Source of the DNA: Bugula neritina
Lineage: Eukaryota > Animalia > Bryozoa
DNA length: 64,000 bases
Reading direction: 5' to 3'
Assembly (NCBI GenBank): GCA_964035545.1
Contig: OZ037768.1
Location: 868,001-932,000, forward strand
The notes beneath the pieces are model-generated. The model was not told the origin of the DNA. It did no database searches and saw only the letters and a program-made list of their open reading frames with translations. The position numbers and the translations under genes are program-made. Within the stretch, counting starts at the first letter, position 1, and each line of letters starts with the position of its first letter. Below are positions 1-13,778 of the stretch, in pieces.

Positions 1-229
1 TAATAGCCTATTAGTCATTGAATATGAATTATTTAATACCTGTTTATTAGTTGTTCATAAATAAATAGTATGATAATATTTCCCTAAGTCCTACTAATGC
101 CATCAGTTGAACACTTTTCCCATAATATAACTGTTCACATTTACTGTTTTCAGTTTCCATTGATCTCAGCCAAACATTGGCCTTAAGCAAGTTTTATTAT
201 TACATCATAATTATTTAAGTATATATAAT

Positions 230-380
230 ATGGATAATATTATTATATTATAATATAGAGCCATAATATTATTATATTATAATATAGGGTTATAATATTA
301 TTATATTATAATATAGAGCCATAATATTATTATATTATAATATAGGGTTATAATATTATTATATTATAATATAGAGCCAC
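230..380. repeat. AT-rich ~29-bp tandem repeat
   Basis: About 5 copies of ATAATATTATTATATTATAATATAGAGCC or its GGTT variant. Confidence 0.85.
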
Positions 381-758
381 ACACAGTAAACACTGATACT
401 ACCATATGCTAATATTCCTCACTCTACGCAAGTATTTGTATGTTGTTATTGTAGGCAACAAGTAATTTGCAGTTAATGGTTAACAGATGGTTAGCTAATG
501 CTTAGTTAAAAGTAAGTTTATAACAAATGTGGAGCAATATATCATTATAATGACGCACAGACAGAAGTACTTAAAAGTTAGAGTTTGGCGCAGAAATGGA
601 AAAGCTGAGAAAATGGAGATTTTGAATTAAAAACTCATAAGAAAATTAAAGAACTTGGGCCGTTAAAACATTTCCGTCACCTAACCAGAGATATAAAAGT
701 AGAATGGTTATAATTATATAACAATAATAATTATATTATATAATTAGTGAGTCTTTAC

Positions 759-3641
759 CTGAGCATGTTCCTCGTGAGTGCCATGATTATCATCATGATC
801 ATGATCGTGATCTACATGTACAAAATGGAATAGACTAATCGCACTAAACAATAATATACACATATTTCAGTTATTAGTTTTGAGTATTGGATATAGTAGT
901 ATTATTTTAGAAATATGTTTATTATGTTCAGCACCGATGCTTGTAGCTAAACGACGCAGTTCAGTGAAGTGTGTCCGGTCATTGACCCTTCTTAAGCTGT
1001 ATTTAAAATAATATCATCAAATATGAAAAACATGTTGCAAAATGCAAAAGTATGACAGTAACTGTGAGTAATGTGACTATGAGTACTTTGACTGAGAGTA
1101 CTGGAACTATCTGCACTGTAACTGTGAACACTAGAGATTCTAATCCTCAATTTATCTATTTTGTTTAACCTACTAAGGGAATGAATTTCATGCTTTGTAT
1201 TAAAGCTAGCCACTTGTTATGTTGATCAAATTTGACAGACTATAATCATTTATCCCTTCTCTGACTTTATAGACACACAGTGTAAATACTAGCAACTTAT
1301 TGCACATTCATTGCTAGTTCAAACTTCTCTGTCATATAAGCAATTTAGACTTTTCTTGTGCGCAGTATATTACATAATATTATCACAAGTCAATGTCATT
1401 TCTAACAATAGATAACAATACTCTCTCCATGGGCATTTTCTCTATAATTTGCACTTATATACTATACTGTGTTTGCTATGTGACACTACCTATCTGTACT
1501 ATTCATGTTTACAGCTTATCAGCTTATACATTCATATCAACAGCCATCTACCTATTATTATCATCACTGAGTGCTTCCATAAAATAAAGACGATGAACTA
1601 CTAGCAACTCCAATCTCACCATGTTCAGTAGTAGCAGTTGTCGTCTCGTGATTGTTATCCTCAGCAAAGACCTCTATTACCTTCTCTAGCAGAGATTTGA
1701 TCTCTTGGTCGCTTATCTCATCTACATGTCAAATTGTTTACAGTGTTCAATTGCCTTCATAAATTTGCCTAACATATAATATATTAACAAGGTACTTAAT
1801 ACTCGAGATAACTACTCCAGTCTCAGACACTGGGCCACAGAAACTCGACCTGATCAAAGTTCATACTCAACTTTGATAGCCAGTTGCTGAGAAGCTGATT
1901 GTTGCTAAGGTCCAACCCCACCACCAAAATATCAGCTTTTTTACGATAAATTCTAATATCTCATAGTTTATATAAATATTCTGGTTACATCGAAACTGGC
2001 TTAGTTCTTTTTAATTTTGACGATTTCATAATTTACAAAATTCAATATAATCAATCAACAGACAATTCTCCCACCAACTGAGTCATCCCCAATAACAGCG
2101 AGGAGGGCGGTGGTTGCATCTAGAGCATTCAGTTCACTGGAAGACAGGCTACAGAAAGTGCTAATGTCTAGAAGTGCATAGAGAGCTCTCACAGATGCCT
2201 CATTCCACTCCTCTAAGGTATGGATTTCTTCAGACACTCCGACAAGACTCTCCAAGCACTGGAAAATTAATCAAATATAATAGGGCTTTCTGCTTTCCAC
2301 ACAAAATTGATTGCTTTCAAGAATTTTATTTTACTCAGCAACGAACTAAAAATAACTACGTTTAAACCCGAAACACGTCAAGAAAAATGTGAAGCACTTT
2401 GATAAGCAAGTGCTTTTATTATATCACGTGGTGTGAAAATGTGAAACCAGTTGCAAGAACTTGTTGAAGATAAAACATTTCCCAGGTACCGATGGAAATT
2501 GATTATTCTACATATCTTATTACGTAAAAGATTAAGTACAAAATAACATATTACCTATTATTTAAGAGCAAAAACCTTGAAACTTAAAGCCACAGAAAAT
2601 GTAAGTTCAATAAATTGCTCGTTGACTTGGCGTTAGCTCAAACAGCTCAAAATATCTAGAGCTGATGCCCAGTTCTTAAGGTCTCCAGTCAATACAAAGA
2701 AATATATTATTGTAAGGCAAACAAAGAGTCAATTCATATGTAGAGGTCATTGATAGTAAACGAGGCGTTACTAGCTGGTTGCTAGAAAAATGTCGGATAA
2801 AAAGGGAGAGAAACAGCTACAAAGCACTTGATAACCTCATCTGCTGCCGCAAGATGATGAGCTAATAATATGGAGTGACTTGCTACTTAATTTTTTGTTC
2901 AAGACAATTCTTTGAACATTTATTCTATTTTTATAAGTATTTTAGGTAGTTGCATAAATCAGGGATTAAAAAAGATGAATAAAATATGTTTAAATAGCTT
3001 TTTAAAAATTAGAAAATTAACAACATAAAAACCTTATAAGCAAAAAAAGGCTCAACCTGCAGCAGTGCTGCTTATATACACTGACAGTTTTATAATGATA
3101 AATGGTAATAGATTGGATCTCTACTGCTTGCATGGTGCTGAAGGGTGTGTTTAGAGCTAATAAATTATATAAGTGTAATTAACTTCAACGATGGTGAATA
3201 TCTTTTAGCTGTTCCATTTCAGTGCATTTCTGACAAAAATTTGAATAATCACCAGCACGTTGCGAGTTAAACTGAGTTCCTCGAGCTGTTAGGATAATCC
3301 TATCTTATTCTCAACTATTATGTAAATTATAACTTTCTAATTACTTAAATAATAAAATATCTTTACACTAGAACCTAGACTAAGTTGAGACCCCCCCCTC
3401 TTCTACTTACCACAGTACAGTTGGCTACAGTCTCCGTCTCATCACAGTGGATCTTCTCCAACAGTTCCTCATAGACATGTTCCAAGTCGTGTAGTGAGAT
3501 AGTCACAGTCTCATCACTGGGATCATGTTCCTGTATGTAGTGAGCTGCACTATGGAAGGCATCGTCGGGGAGGTTGTAGTACCCACCCGTACCAAGAAGC
3601 ATTGTGACTAGTAGAAAAGCAATCAACTTCATATCGACCAT
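759..3641 (-). CDS. 5' coding exons of a probable LIV-1 family ZIP zinc transporter (SLC39A4/A12-like ectodomain); partial, continues beyond the left edge
   Basis: GT-AG exons 3641-3411, 2258-2075, 1721-1620 and 811-759 join in frame. They give a signal peptide (MVDMKLIAFLLVTMLLGTGG), a Cys-containing helical ectodomain and a His/Asp tract (EHDHDHDHDDNHGTHEEHAQ). A probable 5'UTR-exon donor lies near 3915. The transmembrane ZIP domain is not in the window, so the family call is inferred. Confidence 0.6.
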
Positions 3642-3989
3642 GGTTACCAGTTTCTATCGTAGTTCTTCTACAAATAAAAACCGACTTGTATATAATGTTA
3701 TTTATAGATTGAACCAGCAGTTGTTAGGTAAATTATTACAACCTTTCTGAACCATTGTTAACCTTGAAACAACAGTACTGAAAAAAATGTTGCATTAAAG
3801 TAAAAATGAAAATTTAGAATGCTAGCCAATTTGGAAATTGGTTAGCATTGTTTTCACTTGAAACTGATTTCATATTATTCATTTATGAAAGTTTCAAGTG
3901 TTGAATCTTACTTACCTCGATAGCTCAGTGGAAGTCACCTTCTTCACTCTATGTCTCTAAGCAACCAAGTGTCACGCAGGTGTATCACA

Positions 3990-4440
3990 AAAAATAATAT
4001 GATCATGCATTAATTTAGTGGTTTCACATTTCGCTCCGCCCACCTACCTTTGATGCGTTCAGCCAACCAGGTGTTGTTATCGCAAAAGTGTAATTTCACA
4101 TTTTGGGCGGGGTGTTACGTGAAGAACTGGTTCACGTTTTCTTCACATATAAAATGTGAAACATGCGCACGTTTCGAGAGCACAACTACAAATATATTAC
4201 AATGCAGCAATAGTTTTGCGCAAATCATCTACCAAAAAAAACTTAGCAATTTATATAACGTTCTTCGTGTGACGTTAATTCGGTCAAAGTCGGTAACAAT
4301 TAACTTCCTATTAGCCCGGCTTCGTGCATCAGCTTTAATTTTCAAACTAAGTTTAGGCAAGTTAATTATTATTCCACACGGTAACTCAGTTTTTAAAGTT
4401 CACATTTTCTACTATAAATTATTTGGTTTGATATCTATTA
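3990..4440. promoter_or_regulatory. Probable bidirectional promoter between the ZIP-like gene and PDSS1
   Basis: Short head-to-head spacer that is locally CpG-richer. Contains GC-box-like CCGCCC (~4036) and GGGCGGGG (~4105), repeated TTTCACATTT motifs and TGCGCAC at 4164. Confidence 0.5.
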
Positions 4441-7400
4441 ATGTCGAAACTAAGCAGCACAGTGAAGCAGGTAGGCTATAAGTATAAGTTTAAAAATAAA
4501 ATCAAACTAATTAATAATAATATAATTTTAATATTTATATTATAATTATATTTATTAATATAAAATTGAATATAATAATTTAAAATTTAAATTATAATTA
4601 TTAGTATTACTATTACTATTAGTATTATATTTACTATAGCTAACAGTAACTGACTTACTGTTACTGTAAAACTAAAGATGAATGATGATATTAATACGTA
4701 AGTTGGTGTCGGTATGTAATCAAATTGCTATGAATCTAGTGTAGTAAAACTAAAACTAAAAGTAAATAACATTAATAAAATGTAATAATAAATGTAATAC
4801 TAATACTAATAGTATGTAATACTAATAGTAATACTAATAATGTTTTTTATAAAGCTAATATAACATAAATATTATTATTATTATTTCCCTCTGATTACTA
4901 GAGCTTTTTATTGGTTATACTTATTGCAACATCCTCCATGTGAATTTCTCTTGCCACTCTTACCAGATATTGGTAGCTCTGTACGAACAAAACCACAATA
5001 AATGACAATGCAGCTGTTAATAATATTTTAATTCAAAAAGAAATTTGTTGTGGAATTTATGCTTGAAAAAATACAATTCCAAGATATAATTCATAGTAAT
5101 ATTTAAACTAAGGTGTGTTTTATTAATATTTGGTTTTACATAATACAGGTTCATATTCAGTAATTATGCTTGCTATGTGGAATATTCTTACTATTATAAT
5201 AATAAATGACTATAGCGATGTAAATCATGATTGACTCACTTTTGCGATTTAATTTTTGTTTTTTCTACATTTAGAATTTAGTTTTCAGTCACATATCAAG
5301 TATGATTATGATTGGCTTGTTTATTATTACTTTAATATTTTTATATGGAGTTATTTTGCCTGAATAGCTTATCTTTGAACACTGAAATGATGTTATTTTA
5401 GTTGTTTAGTTTGAAGCTATGCAGCAAGTGCTCAGCCAGGTTGGTTCGTTCTTCTACTTCACTCAACAGTTTCACACAATCACACACGGACTCCAGATCC
5501 AACACTTCATCTCATCTTGACTCCAGTACTAGCACACAGAGTGTGTTTCAGCACATACACAAGGTAAGTTCACTCTACACTCTATCCAATCAGCTGGCTT
5601 CACTCATCACTCTATCCAATCAGCTGGCTTCACACATCACTCTATCCAATCAGCTGGAGTTTCTGTTACAGGTATTAGATACGAAGTCATCTATTCTGAG
5701 TAAAGTATCACACTATCACTTTAATGGCCTTGGAAAGGCTGTCCGTCCTAGAATCGTATTGGCTGCCGCACAAGCATTTAATTTTGATGAAGATGGCAGG
5801 TAAATCTGACTGTTTATGTATCCAATCACAATCACTTCCGTTACTGTGTCACTTTCTGTCACTGTGTGTTGTTTGTTGTCATGGCAACAGGTTAAGGGTG
5901 TCACCTGACCAGCTTGTGGTTGCCATGGTAGCGGAGATGATACACACGGCTAGCTTAGTTCACGATGATATCATAGATGAGTCATTGTTTAGGAGAGGAA
6001 ATCCCAGCGTGTTTTCAGTATGGGGTAAGTATAGTGTGCTATATATATTTACATAGTAAGTACAACATAAGGTATATATATTAATATATAATATATAATA
6101 TAGTGGAGTGTGGAATATTTCAGGACAGTCTAAAGGTGCTTTCACAGGAGACTACATCCTAGGAGCTGCGTCAGTGTCACTGGCTAAACTCAGACACAAC
6201 AGAGTGATGAGAATCATGTCTCAGATACTAGAGGACTTGGTACAGGGTGAGTGTATACCATGTGACCTTCACCTTCATCATGCGACCTTCACCTGTTAGT
6301 GTATACTATGTGACCTTCACCTTGATGTGATATCTTGGTAGGAGAATTCATGCAACTCGGCACCAAGTCTAACGAAGACGAGAGATTCAATCACTACATC
6401 GAGAAGTCATACAGGAAGACTGCCAGTCTCCTAGCCAACAGTTGTCAAGCAGTAAGTTGTTTATCTCCATGGTAACAGTTGTCAAGCAGTAAGTTGTTTA
6501 TCTCCATGGTAACAGTTGTCAAGCAGTGAGTTGTTTATCTCCATAGTAACAGTTGTCAAGCAGTGAGTTGTTTATCTCCATAGTAACAGTTGTCAAGCAG
6601 TGAGTTGTTTATCTCCATAGTAACAGTTGTCAAGCAGTGAGTTGTTTATCTCCATAGTAACAGTTGTCAAGCAGTGAGTTGTTTATCTCCATAGTAACAG
6701 TTGTCAAGCAGTGAGTTGTTTGTCTCCATGGTAACAGTTGTCAAGCATTAAGTTGTTTATCTCCATGGTAACAGTTGTCAAGCAGTAAGTTGTTTATCTC
6801 CATGGTAACAGTTGTCAAGCAGTGAGTTGTTTATCTCCATAGTAACAGTTGTCAAGCAGTGAGTTGTTTATCTCCATAGTAACAGTTGTCAAGCAGTGAG
6901 TTGTTTATCTCCATAGTAACAGTTGTCAAGCAGTGAGTTGTTTATCTCCATAGTAACAGTTGTCAAGCAGTGAGTTGTTTATCTCCATGGTAACAGTTGT
7001 CAAGCAGTGAGTTGTTTATCTCCATAGTAACAGTTGTCAAGCAGTGAGTTGTTTATCTCCATAGTAACAGTTGTCAAGCAGTGAGTTGTTTATCTCCATA
7101 GTAACAGTTGTCAAGCAGTGAGTTGTTTATTTCCATGGTAATAGTTGTCAAGCAGTGAGTTGTTTGTCTCCATGGTAATAGTTGTCAAGCAGTGAGTTGT
7201 TTATCTCCATGGTAACAGTTGTCAAGCAGTGAGTTGTTTATTTCCATGGTAACAGTTGTCAAGCAGTGATTTGTTATTTCGGATTCATTGCTTCACACTT
7301 GGTGTTTTAACAAAGCATTTCGTGCACTTATACTTGATAAATAAATGTATGTTAGTAAATTTCTCTCCATATTTAGGTCGCTGTGTTATCAGGAACGACT

Positions 7401-8082
7401 GAAAGTAAAATCAAAATGGCGTTTGAATATGGCAAGAACTTAGGTATATCCTTCCAGGTGCGTACATACATGTGTATAATTTGTGTCACCATGTCTACTG
7501 TAACTCTGTTGATATTGTAACTCTGTAACAACTGATACTATAACTCTCTAACATCTGATACTATAACCCTCTAACGACTGATACTCTAACTCTGTAACAG
7601 CTGATACTGTAACTCTGTAACAGCTCATAGACGACTCGCTGGACTATCTCTCGAGTGAGAAGGAGATGGGGAAACCCACAGGGGCTGACCTGAAGCTAGG
7701 TCTGGCCACCGCCCCTGTCCTCTTTGCAGCTCACGAGTTCCCTAGACTCAACACTCTGATCATGAGACGGTTCTCGCGAGAGGGGGACGCTGAGGAGGCC
7801 CTCCAACTCGTTAGGAAGGTATAACCACTTCCTCCAGTTGCTTGTACATTGTCTTAAGTCTTCATCTACTTCTATATCTGTGTCCTTAGCTTACTTCTAT
7901 ATCTGTCTCCTTAGCTTATAGTCTAACATCATGGTTTACAGAGCTCTGGGCTAGAACAGACTAGAGAGTTAGCTAACAGGTATGGACAGGAGGCTATGAA
8001 AGTGATACACAACCTGAAGGAGAGCGAGGCAAGCCAGTCGCTCATTCAGTTGGTGGAGAATCAGCTGATCCGAACTAGCTGA
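4441..8082 (+). CDS. PDSS1: Decaprenyl-diphosphate synthase subunit 1 (all-trans polyprenyl diphosphate synthase, CoQ side chain)
   Basis: Exons 4441-4470, 5402-5563, 5672-5799, 5891-6024, 6124-6246, 6342-6451, 7377-7457, 7624-7818 and 7942-8082 (TGA) join in frame. Motifs: GKAVRP, EMIHTASLVHDDIID (first Asp-rich motif), GEFMQLG, KTASL, FQLIDDSLD (second Asp-rich motif), GKP..ADLKLGLATAPVLFA. The N-terminus is Ser/Lys/Arg-rich, like a mitochondrial presequence. Exon 1 is less certain. Confidence 0.93.
6437..7270 (+). repeat. 37-bp minisatellite (about 22 copies) that includes the PDSS1 exon 6 end and its 5' splice site
   Basis: Unit AACAGTTGTCAAGCA-GT(A/G)AGT-TGTTTATCTCCAT(G/A)GT. Confidence 0.97.
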
Positions 8083-8845
8083 TTCTCCTCGTATTGCCTC
8101 TCATATATGATGGCCCCTCATATTGCCTCTCATAGCAGATAGCTCCTCGTACTGCCTTTCATATCTGATGACCCCTCATATTGCCTCTCATATCTGATAG
8201 CTACCAGCTGTACAGGAGTATGATACTGTGATAGTGGTAGATAGTTCATATCTAACTCATATAACACATTCTGTGAATTTTTGTATCTGTAAACAGATAA
8301 GTTAGAGAGATTTTATTGTAAGATTAACAGGATTTGCTTCCTCTTTTCTATTAGCAATACGCAGTAGCTTGCCTCATACTGTTAGCCCTTAAACTCAACA
8401 ATAGCTCAAATACTTCTTCCTATTTTAGAAACTCTTAGTAGGAAATTATATTATTTTTATTAACTTGTTTGTAGAATATTGTTGGTAAATAGACAGATTA
8501 TTTCGTCTTCTATTTAATGTAGACAATTCTTGTTTTCTTCCTACAGTTGGTTATTTATTTGTTCAAATAATTGAAATATTATATACAAGTAATTTGTACG
8601 TGAACAACAATATTATTTTAATAATTTCACAAATTAGTAAAATAATTTTATGAAAATGATTCGAACAACATAAGTAAAATGAAGGTGATTATTGTAACTG
8701 AAATTAATAAAAAAGTCAAATCTCATTTTAATAATTCATCTTTTTATAAAAATAAAAATATCTATAAAAAAATATTTTGCTACCAAAATAACGTGACAGG
8801 TGCCTGTAAGTGACCTGGCACAAGGCACTGTGTGCACTCTGCTGG

Positions 8846-11800
8846 TTACTCAACTGTAATGGCCGACGTGCTTGGTGTAAGCATGGCCACTTCTCCACCT
8901 GCTACTAACAGCACTTCTTCTGAGTTCCCTGCAGGGGTACTCACTTTAGAAGCTCTTGACTGGCTGTTTCTGTTGAATTCTTGGCTAGAGTCAGATTTGC
9001 GGACACTGGCAGTGTCGGGCGGCTTTGAACTCGCTCCTTTGTGTCTGCTCTTAGTAGCTAAGGCCAATTCCCTGTAGTCTCTACTCACCAAGTTTGGTCT
9101 TCCTGTCCTATCAATAGCAAACAGAATTGCTAGCTCTAACCATTATGTTCAACCTACACTATTATCATTAACAAAAAGTAGATGAATACATTAATTATTG
9201 CTAAACTTTGGCAAATTTCCAGCATTTCAATTCGCCAATAGACAAGTTTCCTTCAAAATAATAAAACAGACGACAAGCCATAACTTTTTGTTACATTGCA
9301 GCATAAGCAGAGTACAAGTAGGTAAAAGTCATGAGATTATTTTACTAGCGGAATAACTGGTACTCACGGTATGCGTGGCAAACCACCAACTCTTTTGTAA
9401 TGTCTCCATTCTTCCTTAAATTTTCTAGATATCTTATGTTTTGCAGTGTAATAGTTGAGACACTTAATAAGATAGGGATCACACCTACACCTGAAGAATA
9501 TACAGATTGCCAAAGTTTGACAACTCCAATGATTATTGTGCTTTGAATTTGAAATAATCTATAAAAGTGACTCACTTGTTTAGTAGTTGTCTTTCCGCTG
9601 TGTGGTTGAATGAGAGGTAAGCGAGAGCAATGGCCGCACTTCCTCTCACCTGGGCTTGCTCCGAGTACATTAGAGCACACAGTCTCTCCACGCAGCCGAT
9701 AGCCACTATCGCCTCTGGAACACCTGGAAGTTAATGGTACATCTGTAGAGAAAACTATATGCTGTAAGATCTTATTATACTTCAAATAAATTCATAAAAT
9801 AATATATAAAATTTAAACAGGCTTAAACATATTTTCAGTTGTCTTTCCTTGAAATCACAAACCTCGGTAAATAGTTTTGTATAAAAAACTTTAGTATGGT
9901 GAAGAGTAAATTCTATGTTAAGAGTTACCTGCTCTTGTATGGGCCAGCCTAGCTATGCAATCGGCAGCCAACGCCTGGATTGTCAGACTCGGGGAAGTGT
10001 TGAGAATGTCGACAATGATTTTTATACCAGCAGCTGACGCCATGGCCTGTTCCTCGTCTGGGATGATACGGGCCATTACAACAATCTACAACAACAGATA
10101 TACATACACAGCACATACATACTACAATACAGTATACATACTACAGTACAGTATACACACTATACACAGTACAGTATACATACTACAATACATAATATGG
10201 CCATGGTTTACCTGAAAAGCCGCGTTACATCTGAAATATTCTTCTTCCGACTGCAGGAAGTCGAGGAAGCAGCTGAACCGGACTCCACCCTCGGCAGCTA
10301 TCAGTTGCTGCTGAGTCATATTGTTGTAAGCAAATGCTGCCAACGCTGATCCAGCAAGTAGCCGGATAGCCTGGTTGTCAGAGTACAGGTGCGCCAGAAT
10401 TCTGGTATAGTTGAACTCCAGGTGTTGACCAGATTGCCATATTTCTCTCATCACTGATTGGTTACCTGAACAGACAGAAACTGTTAGTCTTTACTGCCTT
10501 GAATTTTGAAAGTCATTGTGTGGAGTGAGTAGTTAGTAACCAGAAGCTATTACAACCAGTTGAATAACTGAAACACGAGTTACTTACCTAGGGCGACGCT
10601 AGCAAGTGTAAGTGCTGCCTCAACTTGTATCAGGTCATCACTAGACAGCGTCATTAGCGCAACCAGCAGCTTCACACCTCTAGCCTGAGAAACTGTGTTC
10701 TGGTTGTGAGTGTGGGGGAGGTATCCCACCCCCACACATAGATGTCGAAGGCTTCGAACAGCACTGAGGACAAGGTATTCTTCCTCTGATTTCAACAGTC
10801 TAACTAAAGGGTGGACTCCACTAGCCCTCGCAATGGCATCTTTCTCATTGTGAGCTCCCTGGGCCAACACCCCAATGCCCTCACAACCTATGAGATGCAG
10901 CAGTCTTGAGAGAGAGCCTAGAAAGTCAATCAGCAAATTCACTCCCATCGTGGAAGCCATCTTTCTTCGCTCTTCCGGACTTTCTCCGGCTAGAGCCCAC
11001 AATGCACCAGCTGTTTTCTCCTGCACTGCTTGTGACTTACTCTTATTCAGTAAGTTGATGAGTGGCCCCACTACGCCATCCTCCATGAGCCGAGCTTGTG
11101 TGAAAGAGTTGTTCTCTACCACCATGTGTATCGTATCCACGGCCGCTAGCTGAATCTCTCTGTTCTTGATGTCTGTAAGCATTATGAGGTAATGGGAGCC
11201 ACCGCAAGCCACAAAGTTGTTCTGGTTGACCTCGTGGTGGGTGGTGATACGAGCCAAGCAGTGGCACAGCGCCAGAAGCAGGTCTGAATCCATACAGTCC
11301 TCTAGAATGTGGCACAGACTCTGCATACTGTCTTGCGCTGAGCTGAACATGTCCTGACGCACTTCGCTGTCGGCACATAAAGCTCCTAATGTGTTGACCA
11401 CTTCCACCAAAACTCTGCTCTCATTGTTCCTCACAGTCACACTGATCAAAGACTGTATAGCGCCTTGGTTAGCTATTAGCTCCGTGTAACTTTTTTTTGA
11501 GCATAAGACACGCAGACAGACGCAGGTTAGTCTTAGGACTGTGTTGCTGGTGGACTTGAGATGTTTGATGAGCACTTCCACTCCCCCTACGTTTACAACT
11601 TGCTCCATCACTTCTGTCACTTCTAGGATATTTATTAAACACTTCAAAATCTCCGCTTTTGCTTCCTCTCCAATATTGCTTTTTATAACCTAAAATAGTC
11701 GTAGCAACACATTTTTAAATATATGGTCAATTCTCTAGCCATCTTCATTGCCTCTTATAATCGTTTTGAAAACTCCTCACATTCTAAAAGCCAATAAATG

Positions 11801-13778
11801 TTGTTTACAAGCCCTAGACACTTGTCTGGTCATGTAAATTTATTACCAGTTCTCTCACCTTCACAAATATACTGATTCCATTGTTATCCAGCAAATTCTT
11901 CCATTTGGGACTAACTTCATTGTTGACTTTATGTGTGAGGGTGCTGATTGCACGCCCCGCACTTTCTGCCTCGTCGTCCAACTCAGAAGAGCAGAACTTG
12001 AGGAGTCTGCTCCAGATAGACCACTCCTTCCTGTTGAGGTCGTCAAAGTACTGGAGGAGGTCCGTGTGGCCCTCCATACAGCAGATTTCAACAACTCCAT
12101 GGTTCAGGCTATTGGTAGCTTCGAGATTGCCTGGCAACAAATCACACTGTCTATTTAGTATCACAGCGACTTGTGTTTTGCTAATAATAATGGTTGTGGG
12201 GTGAGGTGAGGTGTAGAGTGGTAATAGTATTCTTGTCAGTAACTAAATTAATACATCTCGTCCATTTGCTGTAAACATGGAAATCTGGACAAGGTTGCAA
12301 TTTCTAACCGAAAAATTTGAACAAATTCATTAATTTCAGGCAAAACTAAATTTTGTGAATATCTTATTTGGTAGCAAGTTGCACAAGTATCTATAGGAAT
12401 AGGACGTCTGTGAAATGGCACATAACTTCTAGTGTTGGTTTCTATTACAGCAAGTTGTAGCTTCAGACTCAAGGTCAAGGATGCAACTAGGTCAAGGATA
12501 CTACAAGGTCAAGGATACTACTAGGTCAAGGATGTTACTAAGTCACTGCCCACCTCCAAACTCGATGATTATGTTGATAGTATCTATGTTCTGCATGCCA
12601 GTCCTTACAGCCACCAACAAGGGAGTGTCGTGCAGATCATCCTGAGTCTCGAACTCAAGTTGGTCATTGCTTGCCTTCAGGAACTTCTCAACTGAGCTGA
12701 AGTAACCTGCACACAACCACATGTGTTTACTCTATATGTGTTACCACATACTCTACATGTGTAACTACATACACTACATGTGTGACTTTTTACTCTACAT
12801 GTGTTACTACACACTCTACATGTGTTACTACACACTCTACATGTGTTACTACACACTCTACATGTGTTACTACACACTGTACATGTTCGACTACACACTG
12901 TACATGTTTGACTACAAACTCTCCATAATTAATCTGAAAATCGAAATTAAACATTAAAGTTATGACTTCCTGAAATTGCTAGAATTTTAACACTTTTAGC
13001 ATTTTAGTTGGTGAATGAAAATCTCACCTTTCTTTGCTGCTTGATGAATATGAGCTAGACCGCTCTCGTCCACTTGATTCATTTTTCGTCTCTCTCTGGC
13101 TCCAGTTGTTTGCACTGATTTAGTCAGTCTAGCATTGATCAGTGTTGTCTGTACCCTGCATGGACAGTTTCATGATATATAGTAAGCTTCAGAGCAAAGG
13201 GTCTTATACTGAGCATTAGAACTCAGGCTAAAGTAAAGAATTAGTTTAGGGGGTTGGAAATTAGCAAATTATTATTCATGATTTCTTTTAAACAACGCCA
13301 CAGAAGTAAACAAATCTACTCTGTTCAATAAGAGCCTAATTCATCAATAAATGGTTGTTCAGAGAATATTGAATGGCCACAATATTCTTATTGATGGTGT
13401 TTTGGGCTAATTGCTAGGAAAGTTTTCATCATTTCATTGTGTTCAGTATATAGAGTACTAAACTATAATATATATAATACTATAGTATATAGAATACTAA
13501 ACCATAGTATCCATAATACTATAGTATATAGAACACTAAACTACAGTATATAGAACACTAAACTATATAATATTATATAGAATTCTAAGCTATAGTATAT
13601 AGAGTACTATACTATAGTACACACCAACTCATGGCTGTGAATATATATGATAATACAAAGATGAAACAAATCTGTTGATGAGAAAAACATATTAACTGCT
13701 GGTATTCAGGTCAATATCTGAAGTTGAGAATTACATACATGCGTGTCTGTATGACTTTAGATGTTTCACCAATAGGAT
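8846..13778 (-). CDS. ANKAR: Ankyrin and armadillo repeat-containing protein (ANKAR-like, about 880 aa)
   Basis: Phase-consistent exons 13778-13739, 13155-13028, 12706-12554, 12130-11859, 11689-10588, 10465-10212, 10085-9929, 9723-9576, 9490-9368 and 9107-8846. They give ankyrin-like segments (GLAHIHQAAKKG, TPLLVAVRTG, CCMEGHTDLL), many ARM repeats (GVVGPLINLL, EKTAGALWALA, GVHPLVRLL) and a GGLPRIP tail. The start exon is uncertain (candidates 17305-17284, 15144-15135, 14185-14166). Confidence 0.8.
12720..12915. repeat. 20-bp intronic minisatellite in the ANKAR-like gene
   Basis: Unit ACATGTGTTACTACACACTCT-like, about 10 copies. Confidence 0.9.

Noticed and set aside
4050-4481. 143-aa ORF in the promoter region
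   Set aside because: Non-ATG start and no motif; the PDSS1 candidate exon 1 lies in a different frame.
6437-7270. 37-bp repeats resembling a CRISPR array
   Set aside because: Head-to-tail copies with no unique spacers, inside a eukaryotic intron, and no cas genes. The same applies to the arrays at 43081 and 61545.
10875-12204. Plus-strand and shifted-frame ORFs overlapping ANKAR-like exons
   Set aside because: Antisense or frame shadows of GC-richer coding exons with no recognisable motifs.
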